Origin: Lytechinus pictus
Lineage: Eukaryota
Reading direction: 5' to 3'
Length of the DNA stretch: 64,000 nt
Assembly: GCF_037042905.1 (NCBI RefSeq)
Contig: NC_087245.1
Location: forward strand, 19,222,001-19,286,000
Shown here piece by piece: positions 50,801 to 61,999 of the stretch. The first letter of the stretch is position 1; each line of letters begins with the position of its first letter. Made by a program: the position numbers and the translations under genes. The notes under the pieces were generated by a model. The model did no database searches. It saw only the letters and a list, made by a program, of their open reading frames with translations, and had not been told where the DNA came from.

Positions 50801-53800
50801 TTTTGAAGCAATGACATTGGTAATCACTTTATTGTCTCATGCTATCCATCATCTAGGTTGCTGACGAGACAATCATGGCTGAATACAGGAAGGAGCTTGA
50901 AGACTGGGAGGCAGAGAAAGAGAGACAAAAATATGAGTTCACCATCACTGAGTTTAGAGACGACACTGAGACAGATGTAAGGAATAGAGCCTTTATTGTG
51001 ACTGTACGGGATGTATTTTTGATGTGCTGTATTTTCTCACTTGTCAGTCTTTGTTGGATTTCATGAAATTCATTAAAGACCAGTACTGACCGCACAGAAA
51101 CGTTGTTAGCGCTAACAGAGACACTGTTACAACCGTTAATGTGGCAGCAATGCCTAATGTTGCAACAATGCATTACGTACACATTGAAATAACTGTTTTG
51201 CTTCCCAATCCGAAAGATGTGACTGAGCTTACTGTTAGCGCTCTGTTAGGATAACAATTTTTCTGTCGGCCGGAACTGGTGATTGATTTTATTTTCATTA
51301 CTTAATGAATTAAAAAGTTTTGTTGGAAAAAATATGTATTCATTAGATATAGGGTCGGTCTCTCATATCTTACCTGGTCCTTGTTATTGCAGAATGTTCT
51401 CTTAGTTTGTATATTTTTTTGAATACCCTGATTCTTGATCCTAAACTTATTAACTTTAATGCAACTAGAAATCAAGACAAAACAATTAAGTTTTCCAAGT
51501 ATTTCTTGTTAGAATGCTGTTAATCACTGTTAAATGAATTTCGGTATAGATAGTTCGTTTAGATGTCATAACTGAGAGGACGGATCTTCATTTCATGAAT
51601 ATTAACTTTTTTCCAACAATCTGAAAAATGGGGGTAATGCTAGTATTAAAGGACAAGTACACCACAGAAAAATGTTGATTTGAATAAACGGAGAAAAATC
51701 AAATTAGCAAAACACTGAAAATTTCATCAAAATTGGATGTAAAATAAGTAAGTTATGACACTTTAAAGTTTTGCTTATTTTTTCGCAAAACAGTGATATG
51801 CACAACTCAAATGAGACAGTCGATGATGTCCCTCACTCACTATTTCTTGTATTTGGTCTGCCTTCCATTCTTGATCCTTCAATTTCTTCACAATATTATC
51901 AATGCCTAATTTACCTTTCACTAAACAGGGAAGCAGTGCAGGCCCTGAAGGCAGGAAACGTTTCAAGCGGGAAAGCACTAATTCACCAGTCCCTCCTGAG
52001 GAATTCAAGCGCTACCAGACCTTGCCACCAATTAAAAATGTCTTGAATGAGAAAGAACTTGAAGAGAAACATGCCCGTAAGTATTGCCTTTATAGTGTTA
52101 AAAGTGATCAGTGAAGTCTTAACCCTAAGAGGTTAGGGAGGAGGGCATGATTGCCTCCCTCAATGCTTCGTGCAATATTTTCAAAATGCAAAAGATAATG
52201 CTGCAAATTTTCATAATTTTTTTCTTTGAAGTCTCGCGCAACTTTTGAGACCAAATTTGCGACATACAGTTATAGCATCGCGAGGCCACATGACTTTTTA
52301 CAAGACAATGTCATGCCAAAATGAATAATTTTTATACTTTGAGTACAAAGTCTATGGGAGATGAAATTCATAAAAGGGTGATTATTTTTCATTTTAATTG
52401 GTCTGCAATAATTTCCATTGAAAAAACAAAGAAATACATAAGGAAAAAAATTGGTTTTCGCAATTTTCTTTGTGGAAGCCTTTGAATTAGATTACAAAGA
52501 TGACATCTGGATAAAAAGAGAAATTTGAAGTGAAATAATAATAATAATAGCTGTATTTATAAAGCGCCTTTTGCCCAAGGATACAAAGCGCTGCTATTAT
52601 TAACCCGGCTTTAGCTCGAGCTACCATCACCAGCGCTCAGTGCATGCAAGGAATTAATCCTGCCGGGTACCCATTCACCTGGTTCGAGTGCAGCACAGTG
52701 AGGATAAATTTCTTGCTGAAGGAAAACACGCCATGGTAAGGATGCGAACCCATGGGTGTTAAATATGTAAATAAAGTTTTTCATGAATAAATTTGCATAT
52801 TTTATTCGTAATGAATAAAAATAATTATTTTCAGACATTTTTTTTTAAATACTGGCTTGTAGTTTATGTGGTAAAGAATGTGCGTTCCAAATTTCGGCGT
52901 GATCATGTGAAAGGCGGCCAAGATCAGAAGGGGGGCCCATTATGGCCCCCAGTCCTCAATACACCTCAAATAGCCCTGTCCTTTTAGGGTTAAGTCCATT
53001 CTCTTAAGGGAGTTATGGTTATTCAAGTGCAGCGCATTTTGCCATGACAAACCTAAAAGCTTTACAAATATCTGGAATACTCTTTGAGTAATGTCCTTGA
53101 CCATTCTAATAATCCACCTTTTCCATTTTTAGGTGAACATTCTGCAAAAGATGGAAGTAAGCTATGGCCCAAACCTGAGAAACCGGACACGTTTGTGATG
53201 CACCTCGGGGTAACAGCAAGAACTCACACCATTGCTGAATTCCAGAGCAACTTCCCCAATGAGGTCCAGAAATTCTTCATCGACAGGTACTGTGAATATG
53301 GAAGTTAGAATTTAATTGAAGAAAAAAACTTGCAAGTCAATTTTAGGTACCAACTTCAATTGAAAGTCATGCATTTCATTGCAAATTTTAGGTACCAACT
53401 TCAATTGAAAGTCATGCATTTCATTGCAAATTTTAGGTACCAACTTCAATTGAAAATCATGCATTTCATTGCAAATTTTAGGTACCAACTTCAATTGAAA
53501 ATCATGCATTTCATTGCAAATTTTAGGTACCAACTTCAATTGAAAATCATGCATTTCATTGCAAATTTTAGGTACCAACTTCAATTGAAAATCATGCATT
53601 TCATTGCAAATTTGCATTGCCAAGTGTAAATTAACTTTTCAGCAACACCCCATATGGCACTTTTCTCTCTTTGATATTTTCCTGAGAATAATTTCAAATT
53701 TGCGAGGGAATATATTTCTTTTTACTCTGTCTGCATTCAAAGTATGTACAAAATTATATAATCCCTCTACTTCCCTTAAAAGACTTGGATGTTTATAAAT

Positions 53801-56800
53801 CTACATTCTTGGTGTTTGTGAAGCACTCTATTAATACCCAAATGTTATTAACATTCCTAAGACAGGCTTTCGTAAACATTTTCCCTCTATGAGAACAATT
53901 TTAGTAGTAATTGCTTTAAGTTTATTAGAATAAAAAATATTGACAAATTAAATGATTGATTGGTCATGATTTATAATTTTTTTTTTAGGGGTATGAGTGA
54001 GCGAATGGTGACAAGCGGTAAAGGAAAGCGATCACAGAGAGATGAATCAATGGAACCTGAAGATTGTGATGAGATGGAGGCTGGAGTTGTTGGTGAGGTC
54101 ATGAGCACCATCGTCAGGTATGAAAAAGAAACTGATTGTTCCTCTTTTGCCTTTACTGTTCTCCACTCCATTTTATATCCTCACCAGAATTTAATTTATT
54201 TTGAAACATGAAATCAAATACAAATGTACATACAAAATTCTTTTTTTTCCTCTCAACTGAGGACGGTTCACTATTTTCCTCAGTTGAAATTATAGTTTTT
54301 GTTCACCCTAGATATCTCCTTTCCTGTCTCAAATTATTGTATATTCATCAGTAAGGTGTTCCATCTTATATAAACTACATTTTATGTCACAAGTTTCCCT
54401 GAAGGACAACTCCTGGTGACTGGCAGGTTGTGCTCAAAGGAGTAAGGATGTATGTAAGGTGTTCTGGAGAGAATTTGATTTCCAGAGAACTTTCCTGTGG
54501 GAGTTGTCTTCTTGGGGAGTCTTCATGTTGTATGTTATGTTTCATGCACCTTCATTCTGTTCTGAAATATGTCATTGTTTCTTAAAAACTCAGAGCATTA
54601 CTTGATGATCATGATTTCCACGAGGCCTTGAGGGACATCCCCAATGAACCAATCCCTTACTTCACTCAGTTCGGAGACAGACCACTGTCTCTCTCCCGTA
54701 TGGAGGACCTTAAGATCACCTCTCCTCCTCCATCACAAGCTCAGGTAAATACCTTGACTCCTTTAAAGATTACCTGCCTCTTTTTAAACTTTCGCTATAA
54801 GAAATGGATCCTAATAAAATGATAAGATGCACATGCCCATAACTAGGCATTTTGTCCAATGTGTATATTTGCTTATGATGACAGATCATACATATGGATG
54901 CACTTAATTATTTTTATGAAAATTAATGAGGTGATAATTGCTCCAGGCTTTTTGTCTATGACGTATTAATAGGGTTTTATGTTAAGGTATCGTGTTGAAG
55001 TTAGTCATTTGATCAGTGTGTCAAATTCATAACGGGACATTTTTCGCCAGAGCAAATGTCATAAGCATGTATTCTAAAGTCTTGTTTAAGTATGGATAGC
55101 CAATTGTTACATAAATCACTAACAGTAGAGATATCATATTTCAAATCATTTGGCTCTCAAATCATTCATAATTGTCAAGAAAGTATAAATAGATTATTGT
55201 CTTCAACATTGAAGAATCAGGAAAGGGCACAGGTCAAACCCGACTTCACAATATCGAAAATATCCATACATCCTGGCTGTAGCCCCAGGTCATTAGAGCT
55301 GTTCCAAAGAATCAGGGGAGTGTTTCTTGACACGAATTGCCAGACACAGGAATTTTTTTTCTCAGCCAAATAAATTTGTTAGGTCTAGCAAAGAGTATTG
55401 ATGAAATGCTTCCCTGAAGGAGGGACTATGAGATCCATAAGTATAAGACAAAAGGTATTATTTATCATATGTATATATATTTGAAGTGTAAAAAAATCAC
55501 CTACTTCCAACAGCCACATGAAGCTATGGAGAGTCCCACTAAGACGGTCCAGATCGAGATGGAAAGTAGGGGAGTGCGTACACCAGAGAGCACAGCTTAT
55601 GGGGTGCCCAGCAGAACAATAATGCGTGATTCTGTTACTGAGCAACCTCCCTCTGCTCCCACTGGTGAAGATGTTGGTCTCATGCCTTCAAGGTATGTGC
55701 AATTAAATGCTCATGTATGACAAATGCAGCAACATTGTGTATTAATATATTAGGCCCGTGAAGGATACAGAATCATATTTTTTTGCTCTTTTGCTAATAG
55801 AAGTTTTCTGGTAGTTTCTGATAACGGCCATCGCACACCTTACGACTGGTCCACGATCCGATTTCAGTACAAATTGCATTTTGCTCATTTTCTGAAAATG
55901 TGAGTGAAAAGTCCCTTTTATTTGAGGTTTAAATTATCTATGATGACTGTAAAGATCAAATTAGTTCAAATCGTAGCCAGTCATACAATTGCTATGACAT
56001 CATAACGACAGGAGATTTTGTAAACAGATGTTCATACGATGATTTAAAACATTCCATATCTCAATATTAGCATCAAATTGCACTGCGTTCTATTCCAAAA
56101 TTGGGTCGCAGACCAGTCGTGAGGTGTGCAGTTGCCTTTAGGTGCATACTTGCTAAACCAACCACACTGATGGTTGTTTCCTTCCGGTACCCAATTAGTA
56201 CCTTGGTGAGAGTGGCAAAGTGTGGATAGGACGCTAGGCCATGGTGGGATTCAAACACATGACCCTCTGATTACAAGGCGAGAGTCGGAACCGCTATGGT
56301 GTATCAATGCATATTTAATCCTGTGGTATTACATCTGAATAAGGTTACAGGCGAGGATGGCGGGCAGTCCAAATACATGAGGTTGATTAATTATATTTCC
56401 ATTATTTTCTTTTCATATTTTCTCAAGGTCTGTACTCCAATCATCCCCTGGCATCCATACCGAGTATGACTATCAGATGAGCTTGCGTGAGGAGAAGGAA
56501 AGACTGCAAGAGCAGAATCTTAAGAGGTATGTAACCAGGGTAACAAATAAAACGTTTTTTATTGTTTTAAAATGTTTTAAATCGTTTTAAAACGTTTTTT
56601 TTCCAACGAAGGATGCAATTTTCTGTAAATCAATTAAATTATACACTAAATACGGTATGATTTAAGCTCTTGTTGTATTAAAAAAGACATGACCACAATT
56701 TTGTTAATGAATTTCCAACAGAAAAGTTCATATTTCTCCCAAAATTACTAAATCATGGAAATTGAATGCCTACAAAAAAAAAGATAGGTTGACATTTTAT

Positions 56801-59800
56801 TCCTAATACATGTAGTCCCGAGGTCTTGTCAATCAGGGGGGGGGGGGTGGCAAGAAGAGTTCGCACAATGGAAGAAATTGACCTCCATGGGGTTTCAAGC
56901 TTAATTTCATTAAATCAATACGCTTTATTGCATTTGAATCAATTTTAGTGCATGAAATACAAATTCAAATCTATAAATAAAGCCCTTGAACTGCTTATTA
57001 TTTAATTCAGGAATTCTGATTGATCAAATGTATATTTAAAAAAAATTCGCTATCGAATGTTTTTTTAACCCTATTAAGACTGCGGGGCTGATTCAGCCCT
57101 CCCTCGTCATTTTTTGCGATAAATCCACGGCGCAAAATTTTTTACCGCGTCGCTCAGACTTTCCTTTTTCGAGTCTCATGCAAATTTTGAGACCAAAATT
57201 GCGACCCCCTGGTATGCGGTTCCGAAATTACGCAACATTTTGTAAGTGCATGCAGACTCAAAATTGCTCAAAAACATGAATTCGTGTACAAATCCAATGC
57301 AAATAGTGTTTTTAGGCAAAATTCATAAATTTGTCATTATTTTTCCTTTTACCGTTTAAAATCAATTAATTTCACCTTGTTTATGGTCAAAATATAGTCG
57401 CTGACTATTTCCATTGAAAAAACAATAAAAATCATAAGAAAATAAATGTGATGTTGAAAATTTTTTAATGAACATTTGATCAGATTCCTATAGTCTCTGA
57501 ACCAAAAATGAGCATTTTGGGGGCATTTAGTTAATTGGAGCAAACTTTTGATGTTACGCATAAATTAGCAATGAGATTTTTGCAAAATTTGATTTATAGT
57601 TTTTGTCTCACCTGCATAGCAGAGTGAGACTATAGGCGGCGGCGGCGGCGTCAACACCAAATCTTAACCTGAGGTTAAGTTTTTGAAATGACAGCATAAC
57701 TTAGAAAGTATATGGACCTAGTTCATGAAACTTGGCCATAAGGTTAATCAAGTATTACTGAACATCCTGCCTGAGTTTCATGTCACGTGACTAAGGTCAA
57801 AGGTCATTTAGGGTCAATGAACTTAGACCATGTTGGGGGAATCAACATCAAAATCTTAACCTAAGGTTAAGTTTTTGAAATGTCATCATAACTTAGAAAA
57901 TATATGGACCTAGTTCATGAAACTTATACATAAGGTTAATCAAGTATCACTGAACATCCTGCATGAGTTTCACGTCACATGACTAGGGTCAATGAACTTT
58001 GGCCGAATTGGGGGTATCTGTTGTATCTGTTGAATTACCATCATAACTTTGAAAGTTTATGGATCTGATTCATGAAACTTGGACATAATAGTAATCAAGT
58101 ATTACTGAACATCCTGTGCAAGTTTCAGGTCACATGATCAAGGTCAAAGGTCATTTAGGGTCAATGAACTTTGGCCAAATTGGGGTATTTGTTGAATTAC
58201 AGCCATAAATTTGAAAGTGTGTTGGTCTAGTTCATAAAACTTGGACATAATAGTAATCAAGTATCACTGAACATCCTGTGCGAGTTTCAGGTCACATGAT
58301 CAAGGTCAAAGAACTTTGGCCACGTTGGGGGTATTTTTTGAATTGCCATCATATCTCTATAAGTGTATTGGTCTAGTTCATAAAACGTGGAAATAAGAGT
58401 AACCAAGTATCACTGAACATCTTGTGCGAGTTATAGTAGTTTTCAAAATCAGCACTGCTGCTATATTGAATCGCGTGATGCAGGTGAGACGGCCAGAGGC
58501 ATTCCACTTGTTAGATTATGCCATGGGTAATGCACGTGCCAATTTTCGTTGTGATCCCGCGATCGACGGCCCAGATCATAAGGGGCCCCCTCGATCTTAG
58601 GAAACGAAATAGCCCAGTCTATTTAGGTTACCGGTAATGTTTTTTGAACTTTTTTATATTTCTTGTGTACAGATTTTTTAGACTTTTTTTTTATTACTAA
58701 TGGAAATTTTTGGCATAATTTTCCAATCATTAACAAGTAAAAATAATGAAACAAATACAAATTTTGGCAAGAACTCACATTGGGTTTATACATGAAATCA
58801 AGTTTTTGAGCAATTCAGGATCCGATAATATGCACTTGTGGTGTATATCATAAGTGTATATCATAAATGCATACCCATGCATGCATCCCCAAAATAGTAT
58901 TGAACGATATGGCGTGGCTCTGTTGTTTCTATGGATTTATCATATAAATTTTTGAGGGGGCCATTAAGGTCCCCTCGAATTGTTAGGGTTAAGGTTTGCT
59001 AGCTGATTATCTTATACTGTTTAAAGTACTTTTCTTCATCTTTACGAAACACAAAGTTTTACCTGCTTTTGTGTGTACCTCAAGAGTATGATGTCAGGTT
59101 TACAGTCTATTTGTAAAATATTATTGTGCTTGTGCAACACTTCCATTTCATTCAAGCACTTCTATTACATGTACATGTATTTGAGCTCATTTTAAATAGT
59201 GTTTCTTTCCTTGTCCAAAAAGTGATCACAACACTCAGATATGTTTGTTAAAATGAGAATATTTTCAATATGGATTGATTTGCACAATTGAACAGGGAGA
59301 AGAGGAACATGACAAAGAGGAGAAAAGGAGTGGTGTTGAAAAAGAGTTATGTTAGAAGAAAATAATACACCACTTGAAAAATAAAATCTAAAATCACATC
59401 CAAGCAAATTTATAACACACAAGTCTATGCGGTGTTTTAAAACATGTTTCAAAACACAGTTTAAAACGCGCCAACCCTGTATGTAACCATTCTTTAAGTG
59501 AAAAAATGGCTTTTAAATAAATGAATGCATCCATGAAACAGTGTGAAAGTTTGATGCATTGAATGTTAACAATCTTAAGGCATACTCCCATTTTAAAAAG
59601 CTACCTTCTTTAGGTACCTATTAAATTTCAGGTGGTCTTGGAAGAAAACTTTTAGTCAGTGATTACCGTAATTGATTTCAGTGTCACAGTTATCATTAAA
59701 TTGTGTGTAAATCCCAGTTATTTGGAAACAACTCTCGATGATTACATTTACTTTTTTCTTTATCCTTAGGTTACCAGAATTTGCTAGCACTGTGGAAACG

Positions 59801-60106
59801 ACTCTTGAGAACACCCTCTTCAACATCATGATGGAGGCATTCGGAGGAGAAATCAACATGACTGCCAGACCCCGCCTAATAGCCCTACCCCCTCCACGTA
59901 CCCCACCCACAGCACCAGGTGCCAAACCCAAGCAAGCCTCTGTCATGGGGACATGCACCAGACCGGGGTCGGGGAAGACATCTAAAGGAGAAAGACCCAG
60001 CTCGGGAGGAAAGGAGCGGTTGGTTGACACGCCCAAGGTCTCGGTAGAGATGGTGGGATCAACAAGAAGAAGGGGGAGCTACACCTCGCAAGTCACTGCA
60101 AAGTAA
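23846..60106 (+). CDS. CFAP65: Cilia- and flagella-associated protein 65 (CFAP65/CCDC108), complete multi-exon CDS, ~1883 aa
   Basis: Manually spliced; all GT-AG with consistent phases. Coding exons: 23846-24018, 24761-24899, 25376-25506, 28005-28207, 28753-28898, 29615-29728, 31230-31338, 31672-31787, 32479-32628, 33167-33295, 33736-33894, 34377-34595, 35314-35367, 35788-35925, 36283-36386, 37491-37686, 39766-39936, 40839-40924, 41285-41351, 41866-42031, 42214-42613, 43109-43306, 43945-44029, 44251-44409, 47449-47637, 48054-48167, 48742-49044, 50033-50149, 50857-50976, 51929-52076, 53133-53286, 53989-54117, 54594-54744, 55514-55692, 56428-56526, 59770-60106 (sum 5652 nt incl. TAA). An in-frame TAG at 23831 precedes the ATG. 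The N-terminus FGIEVVKGLTWKGWEPGGEYTKNVILKNVQVKTQKLKFSSPNTRFFSTLYPEPIVLSAGTSYSLPVTFRPLE matches my recollection of CFAP65 (WKGWE..., ...FRPLE). Repeated ASH/PapD-like Ig-fold segments (vdFG, i.N, P..G.l.P, vtF.P) and the overall length also fit. Confidence 0.93.
24930..24968 (+). repeat. (GAT)n microsatellite
   Basis: Direct reading. Confidence 0.9.
25810..27284 (+). mobile_element. 5'-truncated CR1/L2-group LINE (RT C-terminal part, 3' UTR, (TTCAAT)n tail) in a CFAP65 intron
   Basis: FGFRAGHST, FLDFKKAFDSI, GIPQGSILGPILFLIYINDL, FADDT and FLGISIDKDLKW RT motifs (ORF 26017-27000). In-frame TAA near 25957. AATAAA followed by TTTCAATTTCAA tail. Confidence 0.92.
30140..31073. mobile_element. 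Kolobok-type non-autonomous DNA transposon, 934 bp
   Basis: Perfect 16-bp TIR GGACGTTCCACAGTTA / TAACTGTGGAACGTCC, with TTAA at 30136-30139 and 31074-31077. Confidence 0.88.
34614..34924. mobile_element. Harbinger-like MITE
   Basis: GGCCCGTATTCTGAAGTCAGGTTTAA vs TTAAACCTGAGTTCAGAATACAGCC. Confidence 0.7.
36532..36908. repeat. Array of short palindromic units (CCAGTTG / GAAACCAATTGGTTTC / CAACTGG), probable foldback MITE
   Basis: Dense direct and inverted copies read directly. They explain ORFs 36618-36809 and 36728-36949. Confidence 0.8.
37229..37342. mobile_element. Short Harbinger-like MITE
   Basis: CCCGTAACACAAAGATTAGC vs GCTAAGTTTTGTGTTACGGG. Confidence 0.65.
37801..39340 (+). mobile_element. 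Diverged HINE/DINE-1-like element with unrelated internal sequence
   Basis: 5' GTCTTGCCTGC..GCAAGACTA and one ~120-bp unit (37890-37985). 3' ATGCAGGCGAGACTGCCAGA at ~39310-39330. Confidence 0.55.
40417..40717 (-). mobile_element. tRNA-derived SINE with L2-type tail
   Basis: The minus strand starts GTGGAGCGATGTGGCCCAGTGG (A-box) ... GGTTTGAATCCC (B-box) and ends GCGCTATACAAGAACTGTGTATTAT. Confidence 0.85.
44688..45124 (-). mobile_element. 3' fragment of an L2-group LINE
   Basis: ORF2 C-terminus ...YQPSRNLRSSS...SYGERAFTHASAVLWNALP...FRRSLKTYLF*. Tail ATGCGCTATACAAGAATTGAGC(ATT)n. Confidence 0.85.
45232..47315. mobile_element. 2.1-kb hAT-like non-autonomous DNA transposon with a 6-bp TSD
   Basis: Perfect 14-bp TIR CAGAGCTGCCAACC / GGTTGGCAGCTCTG, with TSD CCTCAT at 45226-45231 and 47316-47321. 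Confidence 0.85.
48183..48293 (-). mobile_element. Old, diverged 3' half of a SINE related to 14991-15371
   Basis: The minus strand GTCTTGTGGACAGCGACATTAATGATCAGT...AAATAATATCTAATTGATACATATCTGA...(CA)n resembles the body and tail of the tandem SINE. Confidence 0.5.
51080..51279. mobile_element. Short MITE
   Basis: CCAGTACTGACCGCACAGAAACGTTGTTAGCGCTAACAGAG vs CTCTGTTAGGATAACAATTTTTCTGTCGGCCGGAACTGG. Confidence 0.55.
51650..51850. mobile_element. Partial Kolobok-type MITE
   Basis: TTAA|AGGACAAGTACACC start. Homologous to 20658-21213. Confidence 0.6.
52123..52989. mobile_element. piggyBac-like MITE containing a nested SINE
   Basis: TTAA|CCCTAAGAGG ... CCTTTTAGGG|TTAA. Confidence 0.75.
52535..52757 (-). 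mobile_element. 5'-truncated tRNA-SINE related to 40417-40717
   Basis: Shared core GGTACCCATTCACCT..GAGTGCAGCACA..GGATAAATTTCTTGC and an (ATT)n tail. Confidence 0.75.
53339..53611. repeat. 45-bp minisatellite, 6 near-perfect copies
   Basis: Unit AATTTTAGGTACCAACTTCAATTGAAA(A/G)TCATGCATTTCATTGCA. Confidence 0.95.
55825..56137. mobile_element. Harbinger-like MITE
   Basis: GGCCATCGCACACCTTACGACTGGTC vs GACCAGTCGTGAGGTGTGCAGTTGCC, with TAA/TTA flanks. Confidence 0.7.
56140..56297 (-). mobile_element. Diverged tRNA-SINE fragment
   Basis: Minus-strand TAGCGGTTCCGACTCTCGCCTTGTAATCAGAGGGTCATGTGTTTGAATCCCACCATGG is a tRNA-like head. Confidence 0.6.
57069..58627. mobile_element. piggyBac-like MITE interrupted by a HINE
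   Basis: TTAA|CCCTATTAAGACTG ... CAGTCTATTTAGG|TTAC. The sequence either side of 57605-58510 is contiguous in the 12903-13482 copy. Confidence 0.7.
57605..58510 (+). mobile_element. HINE/DINE-1-like element, best-preserved copy
   Basis: Perfect 13-bp subTIR GTCTCACCTGCAT / ATGCAGGTGAGAC, (GGC)n linker, tandem ~120-bp units and TT insertion site. Confidence 0.85.
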
Positions 60107-60877
60107 TAGAAGTGCTTTATTTCTAGAATTATTTTGGGTAACAGTGGAGCATGTACTGATCTATACACATGTTTCAATGTCTTTCATAGGAAAGTGTTTG
60201 ACAGTCATGACATCATTTACCTTGATCCGTCCTACAAAGCTTTCTCTGTTCAAATTCCATCGGAATATAGTCAAATACCTTGAGTTTTATGAAAAATATT
60301 CTAATGTGATAGGGAAAGAGTTATATTTCTATATTCATTAAATGTGTGTATAATTGTTAATGAAGCAAACTATACCTTGTACAGAAGGGCAATGTTTTAC
60401 TTCATAAACTGACCAAGTCATGGTTCTTTGAGAACAAAAAATTTCATGAAGGTCCAACATATAGGGGGTCGGACGTACATATTTTATAGAATTGCCCAGA
60501 AGTTGATATTGTGATCAAATTGACATGACAGATTATTAGAATTTGGTGACCGTGCTGCTTGTGCATTGTTTAAGATATTGACAACATTTCACTGCAGTGA
60601 ATAATGGATTTTTTTTTTCTTGTACAAACTATTTATTTGATTGTATAATTATGGGATTACTTATGTTTATGTATATAGATACTTAAAATCGAATAACCAC
60701 CCTACATGTATATACTGTAAATATCTATACATTGAGTTTTAGATTTTACAAATACTATGACAACCTTGATTAACTGCAGAGCCCTATTACCATGGTAGTT
60801 AACATAATGGCAAAGTTGCAAGTCCTTTATGAAACAGGCCCCTAGTTTAACTTGTTTTAATAAGCCAGTTCATGGTT

Positions 60878-60935
60878 CTACTCTACACATGATCTTATAC
60901 TCTACACATGATCTTATACTCTACACATGATCTTA
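60878..60935 (+). repeat. 19-bp tandem repeat x3 (TACTCTACACATGATCTTA)
   Basis: Direct reading; abuts the TTAA of the next MITE. Confidence 0.85.
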
Positions 60936-60936
60936 A

Positions 60937-61479
60937 AGGAGAATGAAACCAGCTGAATCCATATTAAAGAGAAAAATCAAAGAAACATATTGTTGAAAGT
61001 TTGAGGAAGATTGAATGAATAATAAGAAAGTTATGAGCATTTCAATATTGAGATCACTAATGCCATGTAGATCCTCCCATTGGCAATGCGACCAAGATCT
61101 GTGATGTCACACACGTACAACTCCCTCATTTTTATAGAGTCTATCACAAGGTGAGGTGTTCTCTTTATGAGTGGACAGGTACAGAGGTTTCACAACATTA
61201 TATCATTGATGAATCGTTTGTCATATGATTAGAATGAGCAAAAAGAGATGTTTTGGGGTATATTTTCAGCATCCAAAAGGGGAGAGTTGTTCATCTGTGA
61301 CATCATAGATCTTGGTCGCATTGCCAATGGGAGGATCTCCATAGCATTAGTGATCTTGACATTCAAATGCTCATAACTCTTCTATTGTTTGTCCTATTTT
61401 ACTCAAACTTTTGTTGATCTTATTCTTTGATTTTTCTGCTTTCACAAAAGCTAACTTGCTCCAAGAGTTTCATTCTCCT
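60937..61479. mobile_element. Kolobok-type palindromic MITE
   Basis: TTAA|AGGAGAATGAAAC ... GTTTCATTCTCCT|TTAA with long inverted arms. Confidence 0.85.
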
Positions 61480-61999
61480 TTAAGTGAAGGACCAAATTTC
61501 ATCTCTTTTATTCAATTTACATCCACGAGCGACTGGTATTTCACAATATGTCAAATACTTCATATCAATAAGTGTACTATTCCACCCATTCCAAGTTTGA
61601 ATGCATGCAGCACTACTTTGTCTTCTGCACTTTATCAACCCCCTTTGAATATTCAGAAGGGCAAAAAATACAATATTTGAAAGTTCATGTTTGATGACGA
61701 GTCATGTCTGTTGCGACAAGATACTGTGGTAAAAGTCCAATTTATCTCTGGTAAATATCCTTTTAGTGATTAACTTGTGGATTTTAGCTTATTTTACTTA
61801 TTTTCTTTCAAGTTGATGCACTGATTATACTTGGCATGTTCAGATTTGATGAGCCTGGATATGTTTAGTGAAATAGCCTAGATCTGAAATAAAGTTTTCT
61901 ACTTTAGGAGTTTCCCTAGCAACCTGTTTTATTGTACTTTTGTCCTAAACTATATAATAATCATTACAAACCCTGAATAAATGATTCAACTACACATGA

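Noticed and set aside
53312..53629. Repetitive-peptide ORFs on both strands
   Set aside because: Artefact of a 45-bp (multiple of 3) intronic minisatellite.
54437..54465. Possible duplicated copy of CFAP65 exon 50033-50149 (GGAG.AAGGATGTATGT..AAGGT)
   Set aside because: The match is only ~20 nt, with no flanking similarity or splice sites, so it is likely chance.
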